This document shows positions 44,768 through 55,500 of a stretch of 64,000 nt of DNA, piece after piece. A model generated the notes under the pieces. It had not been told where the DNA came from, ran no database searches, and saw only the letters and a list, made by a program, of their open reading frames with translations. Each line of letters opens with the position of its first letter. The first letter of the stretch is position 1. The stretch comes from a virus (Duplodnaviria; Caudoviricetes). Made by a program: the position numbers and the translations under genes. Location: the IMG/VR virus record IMGVR_UViG_2841454579_000002, positions 11,039-75,038 of that record; one strand, given 5' to 3'.

Positions 44768-45181
44768 ATGTTCTCACTCAACGCTTTACCCGCCGCAGCA
44801 GTTCCCGCCGCCAACGTAGGCATTAACTTTAATCAGAACCAGTGGGATCCCTCTTTCTGGGACAACATGCTGGGGTACACCGATAAAACAACCGGCATCG
44901 ACCATAACGGATGGGGTATGCCGGCACTACAAGGATTAGGCAGCCTGGCTCAGACGTATCTGGGTTTCCAGCAACTGGGGCAGGCAAAGGACCAGTTCAA
45001 TTTCCAGAAGGACTTCGCCATCCAGAACTATAACCAGCAAGCCACCACACTGAATGCACAGCTGGAAGACCGCCAACGTGCACGATTAGGTGATGATGCC
45101 GCCACAGGTAACCAGTACTACCGTTCAGTCGGTGATTACATGAATACCTGGGGCGCAAAGGAGTACGGCAATAATGGCTAA
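44768..45181 (+). CDS. Ejection protein (N4 gp52-like)
   Basis: GWGMPAL...NAQLEDRQRAR...SVGDYM. Confidence 0.85.
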   Translation: MFSLNALPAAAVPAANVGINFNQNQWDPSFWDNMLGYTDKTTGIDHNGWGMPALQGLGSLAQTYLGFQQLGQAKDQFNFQKDFAIQNYNQQATTLNAQLEDRQRARLGDDAATGNQYYRSVGDYMNTWGAKEYGNNG

Positions 45182-46490
45182 TCCTATTACATGGCGTAAC
45201 GTGGCCGCACCTAACTTCGGTACTGCAAACTTGCAGTACAATCAGGGCGGCAACATGATCACCGATGGTCTGGACCGACTTGCCGGTGTCGTACAAGGCA
45301 TTGGCCAGAGCCGTCAGAACGAAGCCGCACAGATGAAGGACTACCAGACACAGCAGTTCATGAACCGCATCATGGGACAGAACTCACTGGACGGCTTCAA
45401 TAACTTCAATCAGCAAATCCAGAATGACCTTGCACCGTTAGGTGCAGGGCAGGTCGATACGCAGAAAGTACTTCAGGCGCTGGGTCAACGTAAGAACACG
45501 CTGCAGGACAACTGGACAACAGATACCGCATTCAATAATGCACAGGCTACTGAAGCTGAGCGTCCGTACATTCAGGCGTTCAACGACCTGTTAGGCCGCA
45601 GAGACTTCGCCGGTGCACAGTCTTACCTTGATGCGAATAAAGGGAATATCCGTGATACTGGTTCTCTCCTGCAGACACTGAATACACAGCAACGCAGTTA
45701 CAATGAACAGCAGAAACAGGATAACCTTGACTGGCAAAGGGATAACGTAGGTGACCTCACCCGTAATATCCTTAAACAGGTAGATAATCCGGACAGGGTA
45801 GAGACCATACTCAAAACTGAGTTATCCCGTAACGGTATCACCGGTGACCGGCTTTCCACTGCACTTAAAAACGCTATCCCTGAATGGGAACGTATCCACA
45901 CGCTTAACCGGCCGGCGCGTGAGCGACTGGACGGGGTTGCACAGTACAACCAGCAGGCACTGGATAACTTCGACAGAGAAACGCAATTGGGCGTTGCCGG
46001 ATTCGGTAACATTGCAGCAGATGATGCAACGCAGTGGCAATCTACCGGTAACTCTACCTCTTCGGTTATCTCCGATATCATGGATAACGTTACTAAAACC
46101 AGCAGCTGGTACACTGACGATCTGGATCGTTCGGATGTTAAGAACGCACTGACAGAAGCGAAGTCAGCCATTATCCGCGATAATCCCGAGATTAAAGAGT
46201 TCCTGACCGGCCCTGAAGCAGATAACTTCTTAGGTATCGCCCTGAAACGTGCTTATGATGTGACAGGCAATGACACAGGCAGAGTTCTCATTGATAAAGA
46301 TTCTGATGTACTGAAAGAAGCCATCGTTGATCAGATTAAGAACGGTGGTGAACTGTTACTGGCTTTACAGAAGCAGGGCACATACCGTGCAACTCGACTC
46401 AAAGATCGTAAACGGTTAGAATCGGAATCCGGTAACGCACTTAAAATTCTTGAGAGTGCGCTCAGGAAAGCACAGGAAGATCGCCTGTAA
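45174..46490 (+). CDS. Ejection protein (N4 gp51-like)
   Basis: MANPITWRNV N-terminus; directly upstream of vRNAP. Confidence 0.85.
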   Translation: MANPITWRNVAAPNFGTANLQYNQGGNMITDGLDRLAGVVQGIGQSRQNEAAQMKDYQTQQFMNRIMGQNSLDGFNNFNQQIQNDLAPLGAGQVDTQKVLQALGQRKNTLQDNWTTDTAFNNAQATEAERPYIQAFNDLLGRRDFAGAQSYLDANKGNIRDTGSLLQTLNTQQRSYNEQQKQDNLDWQRDNVGDLTRNILKQVDNPDRVETILKTELSRNGITGDRLSTALKNAIPEWERIHTLNRPARERLDGVAQYNQQALDNFDRETQLGVAGFGNIAADDATQWQSTGNSTSSVISDIMDNVTKTSSWYTDDLDRSDVKNALTEAKSAIIRDNPEIKEFLTGPEADNFLGIALKRAYDVTGNDTGRVLIDKDSDVLKEAIVDQIKNGGELLLALQKQGTYRATRLKDRKRLESESGNALKILESALRKAQEDRL

Positions 46491-46498
46491 TACCTCCC

Positions 46499-46522
46499 AA
46501 GGGACAGCCACTGTCCCTTTTT
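46499..46522 (+). terminator. Terminator upstream of vRNAP
   Basis: AAGGGACAG-CCA-CTGTCCCTT-TTT. Confidence 0.7.
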
Positions 46523-46558
46523 GTTTCCCCTCCCTCCATACTCCCACAGAGCCAAAAT

Positions 46559-49500
46559 ATGTCTAATCCGTTAGGAAGTAATTTATCTGCACAGAAAGCC
46601 CAGCGTGTGCAGCAGAAGGTGGATAGCCTCACCAGCCTTGACAGGCTGATTCAGGAATCACAACGTAAAGAAACAGCCCTCACTGACTGGGTTATGGGTA
46701 ACCGTGCCGACACTGAGCGCAGAGCCCAGATAGACGGTAGAGCATGGGCAGGACAGACCGAACTGGGTACATTGTCCGGCCAGGCAAAGCAGTTAGCCAA
46801 CCGTGTGTTATCCGGCGGTGCTAACATCCTCGGTGACTGGGCATCAGCCCCTGGCAACGCAGAAGCGAACCAGTACTTATCATTACTGGATGACGCTACA
46901 CGTCAGGCACTGGCTTTAGAATTAAACAATAAAGCCCTGTCACCGGAGCAGCAACAGTTGCTGAATACACCGGTCAATGACAGCCGGTATAACCAGGGTG
47001 GCTACTCTTACAACGGTAACGTTAACCGGCCGATGGGTAACACTGGCCAGACTCCCCGCCAAATCTTTGCTAAGTATCAGGAAGCACTGAAAGGTGCTGG
47101 TGAAAACGCTGATTACTTTACAAAAGACACCTGGATTGAAGATGCCTATAACCCGCTGAACCGTGAAGCACAGTCCAAGCAGTTCGGTTACGCATGGGAA
47201 GACTCAGGTATCGAAGAAGCCAAAGGTGCTTCTGAGACTGCCGGCGCACTTGCCGATCTGACTGTGGAAGGCCTTAAAGCCTTACTGTCCAATCCCGCAT
47301 CTACTTTTGAATATGCTGCCGAAAGCGCACCAAGTGCATTCGCTACAGCTGTCCCTGGCTTAGGTCAGGCCAACAGTGCGGCATACGCATTGAATACCCA
47401 AGCTGAGAACCTGCGTAAGGCTGACAAAGAGAACAAGGTTGTCAGTACCGATAAGCAAGCGGAACTCGCCGCAGAAGCTGCTCTGGGCGGCATTCTGGAC
47501 TTTGCAGGTGATTCTGCAACACGTGCTATTTCAGGTATCAAAAAGCTGGGGAAAACGGATGTCACGAAAGCGACTACAGAAGCAACGAAAGAGGTTGCAA
47601 AGGAATCAGTGGCATCAGCAAAAGAAGTCCTGACTAAAGCTGCTAAGGGTACAGGCGGTATGGCCACTGAAGGCGTTACAGAAGCTGTACAGACTGCCAT
47701 TGAAAATGATGCACTCGGTGAAGACTTCGACCTTAAAGAAGATGGCCGTGATATCTACGAGGCAGGCATGATCGGGGTAGGTGCATCTGGTGCTACCGCT
47801 GCCGCAGTCAGAACCCCTCAAGCTGTAGCGACATCCACTAATGCAGTAAATACAGTATCGAGTGCTGCTGCCGCTAAAGTTGGTAATTTGAACGAAGCGC
47901 GTAAGCAACGTACTGAAGAAGCTCAGAAAGTAGCCGATGAGCAGGTTAGGGCTGAAATAGACTCAGGTAACTATACTACTTTAGTTGAAAATTCTCTGTC
48001 AGATGGAGAAAACACAGAAAAAGTTTCAATTGACGATGGAATACGTAATATCCGCGCCCGTCATGAAGCCGCTCTGACCTCCGATGCTACCCAAGAACAG
48101 AAAGAAGCATTAGGTGATGAAGCACTTATTGAGGCTACCCAGCTGCAATCAGCAATCGCTGAGAAACTGGAAAGTCTGGAAACTGAAATCACTAATACCT
48201 CTGACCCCAAAGTAAGAGCATCATTAGAGAAACAAGCCGATAAACTGGTTGATCAGGAAAACCGTGTCACTGATGCCGTGAACAACATGTTTGCGCGTCA
48301 GGAGACTATTTCCAATACCGCACAGGCTGTGGATTCAGTAGTTAACGCTGAGCAACGTGACGATAAGTTTGAAGTGGATGCACAACGGATTTTCAAATCT
48401 GAAATGTATTCGCCGGAAAGTATCACTTTAGAAGATGTAGAGTCACTTTTGCAATCAAGACACTGGACCCCTGAAGAACGTACCCGCTTACAGAATGCTG
48501 CCGCAGTAAAAGAAGCTGCACTGGCTGCTACTGAGCAGAGAACTTCCTCAACCGTAGACGGCGTAAATAATGACCTTGTTAAAGGCCGTGCTGCCGGTAC
48601 GTATGATAAAGCTGATCGCGGTGCGACCAGTGCACTGCAGTACCAGGCTGAGATTACCCAGTTGATTGATGCAGGTGACACAAACACTGCACGTCAGAAA
48701 TTGCGCCGTCTGGAAGCACTTGCCAACAGTCAGACACGTAAAGCAGATGACTTTGAACGTGCCTTTGCTCCATGGTCCCGTGGTGGTATTCCGGATATCA
48801 CTGATGAAGATCAACGGGCTATCGACTATGTAGCAGCTAACTACAAGATGCGTGGCTCCCGTAAAGACGGTTCACGTAGCTATCAAATTTATGAACGCTC
48901 CGGCCGCATGGTTAAATCTGTCCGTGCTGAAGCCAATCTGCTTAACGCTGTGGTTAATAACATCAATGGCCTGATGCCGGCAGAAGAACAGGTATCTGCG
49001 CCGGTAACTGAATCTGTCGCTACGCCTACGGCTGCGCCAGAAGCACCTGTAACGGAAGTAGCAGAAACTACTGCACAACCTGAAGTAACAGCAGCAACTA
49101 CAGCGGCCAGTACAGAGAACACACCGGCAGACGCAATACCGGATACCATTACACCCGAAGAACAGGAGTCGCAGAGCGTCAGCGTTAGCGACGACACCAG
49201 TACAGAAGATACCACTGTAGAGTCAGTTGGCTTAACAGATGAAGAACTACCTGCACAGGATGAACCTGAACTGAGCGACACTGAAAAACAACTCAGTGAA
49301 ATGCGTCTTAATGAGAACCGTCTTGACGCTACTATCCGTGAAGCCAAACGTAAGCTGAATAACAAGGCATTAATCCGCTCAGAAGCCATGGATAACCTTG
49401 GCTTTTTAGGTGAGCCCAATACGCCTATAGAAAAGCAGGCAGTGAAGCGGGAAACCCGCCGTATAACTCAGGAACTACTGGACACCATTGCCACAGCTAA

Positions 49501-52500
49501 AAGTGATATCAGTGATTCTGCATCTGCCCGTAAATATCTTGAGGGCAGGGAAGAAGGCTATCACGCAGCTGACAGGCTACTGGCCGGTAACAAGACCCTG
49601 AATAAGTTCTTCAAGAAGTCTGACCGTGTACGTAGCATCATTGCTGAAGTCCCTCATGTAATTCAGAGACTACGCGAACTGCCGTCACTACTGCTGACTG
49701 ACAGTGATTCTGTTTCTGGCTTAACGACTCAGCAAAAGAATGCCGTTGAGCATTTCACCGCATTTGCACCAGGGTTCGCTAAGATCATCAACCAGATGGC
49801 TAAGCCAACGGATCCAAGCTACGACACACAGAACCTGCATAACACGTTACTGGAAAACGGGAAGTACCCTGAGTCTGTAACGGCTGCAATGTCCATGGCT
49901 GCTTACAACTGGGTAGCTACATCCTCAATGGATGCGCTATTCAATAAGAAAGCTACTGTCGGCCAAATGTTCGGTGTGAAAGAAGAGAAGGTAAATCACG
50001 ACCTGCATCAGTTAATGATGACCCGTGGCTTACCGGAAGATTGGATCACCCGTCAGCTGGGCCGTGACATCATTAAGATGCTTGGCTTATCCCTGAATGA
50101 TGAAAATGGTTCTACCGTTCACCTGTCCCGACTTGAGTTCCAACTGGGTCAGGTTACGTTAAGTGCCATGCTTAACGCACAGCTGGTTGAAGGCGTACAG
50201 ACTTCCTGGGCAGATATTAAAGGTGCTGCCAGTAAGAAGGTAAACGCTGAGATTAAGAAGTCAGGACGTTACACAGGAACGGATAAATCACCTGCTCTGT
50301 ACAACACGTTCCTTCCTAAATATAACCCTGATGCGCCACTGTTCAGTGATGAGCAGTTAGACGGACGTGCCCGTGATATTTACGAAGTAAATAAAGACAC
50401 TGGCCGCATTCTTAGCGAAGCCCTGTCTATCGGTAATCCTACCCGTATGCCTTCATTCAAGCCGATTACGAAATTACCGGCACACATGAAGCGTACGATT
50501 AAAAAGCTGCCGCAGAAGATGCAGGATGCCATCCTGAAAGCACAGCAGACACCGATGGGTATTTCCTCTGACACCGATACGCTGGTTAATCTGTTAGGTG
50601 ATGCGGAACAGAAACTGGTATTCAACTTCCACACTGAAGAAGAAATGCGCCTTGCTCCTAAGCGTAAGCGTAAAGCCATGGAAGCAGTGAACGCAGGCTT
50701 ACAACGTGAACTGGATAACTACAATGAGTTCCGTGAGGCTATGGAACTGTCCAAAGGCGGCTTAGGTAAACCATTCTACCTGCCTATGGAATCATGGAAG
50801 TATGGTCGTCTGGGTTACAGCAGCAGCGTGAACCCGCAGACAAGTAAAATTCACCGCGGCTTAATTGGCGTCAAAGCGTGGAAGCGCGATATAAAACTGG
50901 ATAATGAGCAAGCGGTCAACCTGTTTAAGTTAGGCGTGGCTCAGGGATTCGGGATTGATATCGACAAGATGCAGATTGAAAGCAGCCTGGGTCAATTTGG
51001 TACACTGGTCACTGAAGACACCCGTATTCAGGAAGCTGCTGAAGCAGCGGTTGCACTGGTAGAAGGTGGCGTTGACCCACTCAGTGCAGAAGGCCAGATT
51101 GCCCGTGCACTGGTTACTGACGTAGTACGTCAATACAAAGAAGGTACGCACACGTTACGGGCCTTGATGAACTATGGCCGTTACCTACAAGCCCTTGATG
51201 ATCCGGATGAGAAGTCATTCTCTACTGACCTGTGGGTTGAACTGGACGGTGTAACCAACGGTGTCGCAATCGGTACTATGCTTTATGGTAACGGGACTGC
51301 CGACAACATGAAGGAAATGCTCAAGAAAGGTGGATTCTTCTTTGATGGGCAACGTTCACTGGGTAATGCTATCGAAGGTGGCCAACGTGACTTCTATCAG
51401 ACACTGACTGACCGCTGGAACCAGTTACTTCAGGAAGACCTGAGCAGCTACCCCGCAGAGCATCCTATCCATGCTGTAATGAAAACCATCATGGACACGG
51501 TAACCAAGAACGGTACTGACATTCCCCGTGCACTGGGTAAAGAGCCGCTTATGCAGCGTGTTTACGGTGCGGGTGATGACACTATTGAAGCTATCCTGGG
51601 TCAGGAGTTCCTTGATAAGTTTGATGACCGCATTGAAAAGGCCATTGTTGATAACGACCCGCAGGGCAGCTTAACAGCACTGCAGGCACTTAATCGTGAA
51701 TTACAGAGACTCACTAACTCCAAAGAAAACTTCATTCCGGTTACTAAAGGCATGTCAGTAAAAGACATGCGTGATCTGGAGATGCCTAACTATCAGCAGA
51801 ACATGATAGCCGATGCTGTTATCCGCAACATGGCTGCACCGCTGGCCGGTGCCATTGACGAACAGTTCAATGACTTCAAAGAAAACCGCCAGAACTACGT
51901 GGACGGTATGCAGCAGTTGAATGCTACCTTTGCGGATCTGACAGACATGCTGATGGAAGACGCAAGACAGGCGTTAATTAAGGCCGGTAAGTTAGAAAAG
52001 AATCAGCCACTGCCGCGCAAGGTCTTCAATGACCTGATGAGTAAGTTCCACACCATCATGCCTAACGTGCAGTATGCTTATTCTCAGAATGCTGAAGAAC
52101 AGACACAGGTTGCTGAAATCGGTGAAACCATTGACCAGAAGCAGAATGCCAGTACTTCCTTCGCCAAAAACATCCCTCTGAAACTCAAAGGTGCATGGCG
52201 TAAAGGTCTGTCTGCTAAAGCCAGACGGGATACAGTGACCCGTGAAATCGGCGTAGGTTCCGGTGTACAGAACATCCATGCGTTTGATGCTGCTATGGCC
52301 GCACACCTGCTTACTGAAGTCGGTGCATTTAACGTACACGATGGTTTCCCTGTCAGTGTACTGGATGCTGTAAAAGCAGGGCAGAGCCTTAACAGCGAAA
52401 TGGCAGCACAGATTGGTAAGCTGAATCCGTATCAGCACTTACTGGATCAGATGCTGGCTATGGAGGAAGCTATTGAATCACTGGTTCAGGCCGGACGTAT

Positions 52501-55500
52501 CTCTAAATCCAAACAAGGTAAGCTGGTTGCCACCCTTTACGGGCGTGACACATGGCAGAACCGACAAAAGGATATCTTACCTTCGCTTCAGAAGAACGCT
52601 GAATACCAGAATGATGTATCCAAGAAGGTAATGGACGATCTGGAATACCTGGTTCAGTACAACTTTGAAGGGGCCGGCTATGAGACCGAGAAAGGCCGCA
52701 ATAACCGAGCGCTTGATGAAGCAGGTAATCCGGTGCCTTCGCGTACACGCTCTGCACCTGAAGCCCCTAAGCCAGCTGAGACAACTAAAACGACTCAGGT
52801 TAAGGAAGAGGCAGAACAGAAGAACATCCGTACCAGAAATGACTACGGCGAGTTGCGCGACCCGAGTGTAGCGGTAACTGACCCTTTCCAAATCCTGTTT
52901 GAGAAAGCAGTCAAAGAGACTACCAATGTACGTGAAGTACTTCATATGCTGATGAAGGACCGTAAGGTCAAGACACTGAACGCAGGCATTCTTAAAATGC
53001 TGGCCAAGCACGTACCGCCAGACCTGACATTTAAAGTCGTCGGGGATGAAGCCTATAACTCAGTGAACAACATGATGACAGTTGCCCTGGGTGTCTATGA
53101 CCCTAATGACCGCGAAATCATGTTACGTTCAAGTGACTATAAGCATTCCGGTACTACGCTGGAAACAGTGGCCCATGAGTTAATTCACGCCATGACTTCG
53201 GACCTGGTGAACCGTGTACAGAACGGGGAGATTAAAGATCCTCAATCTGTAAAAGCTGTCGAAAAGCTGGAAGAACTACGCACTGAAATCGCAGAAAAAG
53301 CGTCAAAGGCCGGTATCCGGTTGAACAGTGAAGCCACACGTAACATCAAAGAACTGATTGCCTATGGCTTTACTAACCGTGAGTTTATCGAGCAGCTGAA
53401 AAACATTAAGACTAAGCAACGCCGTAATGGTGGACTTATCGACATGTTTACTTCATTCGTAAGCCGGATCACAAACGCCATATTCAAAGGCGAGAGCTCA
53501 CCGAAAACAGACAGTGCAGTCCGTCAGGTGATTGAACTGGGTGCTTCACTGATTGAGTCACAGGCACGCTTACTCCCACGTGGTACAGAGAGTGTGTACG
53601 CCGCCGACATGCAACGCATCCGGAAGATGACACCCGCCGAACTTGTACAGGCGTTCGCGGAGCGAAATGCCGACAGAGATACAGACCACACTGAATACCT
53701 GAAAGAAATCCAACAGAGTCTGATTAACAGTGTTGCTGGCTTGAACGGTAAAGAGTTGTTTGATGCGGAAGAAGCACTGGGTGATGAATTTGACCAGTTC
53801 GTTACGCACCTGAACAACAACACCACACCTTTTGTCAGTAACCTGCGTGATACCTTCCCGATGCCGGAAGAAGAACTTTATGTTGCCGAGCAGCTGGAAA
53901 GTGTATTAGGCAGTTCACTGAATACGTACAGCTTTGAAAGAACGCAGTTACGTAAGGCATGGTTGTCAGCCAAAGAAGCACTGACCTGGGAATCGTTCCT
54001 GCCATTTGAGCAGGCTAAACTGGACCCCTCAGAAGTCGCTAAAGCGAAAGCCAAGTATGACTATCTGTTCAGTCCTTCTGGTTTAAATGCCGGTAACATT
54101 GAGCAGTCGGATATCGCCGGCCGCAATATTGATAGTAGACAGGCTGATTACCTCACACGCTTTGCTGTTGTAGGTGCAACCCACTTACCGGTGAGACAGT
54201 TACTGGAGAACATCGAAAATCGTGCTTCAGACACCCCTGAAGGCAGTATCTACCGACAGGTACAACATTATATCAGTCGGATCCTTGGACGCCTTGTGGA
54301 CCTGCTGAACGGCAATGTGAACCTGAGCCGTACGGTACGTGATGCACATGACAGTTTGCTTGGCCGGCTTGCACAGAAGAACTATGACACCCGCCGTAAA
54401 CTGGATGTGCTGGAACGCACGGAACAGAAACTGCGTAGTGGTGCTGATGATCTGATTAAGCAAGGTGTGAAAGCCGCCGTAAACAGTAAGGCCTTTGGTT
54501 CAGTGAGAACCACAAGAGTACCTTTCGTAGCGGCAACAGCCGGACTGGTTGAACTGGCCGTTAAAGACCGTGTGGGTAAAGTGACCCAGATGATCAAAGA
54601 TGACATCAAAAACAACAAGCAAACACCGCAAAGCAATGTTGCCCTGGCCGTTGATGAAGTAATCGGTGACACGGTTAATAACGAAGAAATGCTGAAGCAG
54701 CTGCGTTACACCAACAGGGACATTGAACAGAAACGTACGTTTGTTTCCAAAAACCTGAGCCAGATTATTCACGAAGGTTTCAAAACCAGACTGAACAAGC
54801 ACCAGAGTAAGGCTGTTACCAAAGCCCTTATCAAGTCTGATGTTCCTTCGCTACTGGCACACGGCTACACCATGGAACAGGTAGCAGAGTTGCTGGCAAG
54901 CAACGAGGCGGTACACGCTGAAGCCGCTAAGCTGGAACAACAGCTGAGTGAATTACCACACTTCGCAAAGTACGTTGCACACAGTAAAGCACTTGGTTTC
55001 TACATGGCGAGAAACGTGGCCACAACCCGCAACCTTATTAAGAATGCCTACGGCATCGCTAATATGTTCGGGTATGGTCTGGCAGTGTCTCAGGAAGAAG
55101 CACAAGCCGCGGAACCGCTTATTGAGCAGCTGGCTTCCCTGTACGCAATCAAGTATACCGATGCCGCTTCAAAGGCGCTGGCTCTGGAAGTCGTACGTAC
55201 TGAGAACGCACGTAAAGACGGCCAGAACGGGGCAGAGTACCTGCTTAGACAGTATCAGGACATTCGTGAAGAATCACAGGAACAGTTGTTCCATGGCGAT
55301 CCTGCATTAATGACTAAAGGCTTTATCAGTGAAATACACAACCCGTATGTGTCACTTGACTGGGCTGTACCAGGTTCTGAGAAAGCCAAGCAGCTTGAAG
55401 CCATGGGCTACATTAAGCGTGACGGCCTTATTGCCAAAGACAGAATGCTGGACAATGAACAGCACGTTCACCTGTACACAGTACGTGATGGCGGTATGCG

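Noticed and set aside
53155-53195. HELIH zincin motif in vRNAP as a novelty
   Set aside because: A zincin-like motif is already recognised in N4-like vRNAP polyproteins.
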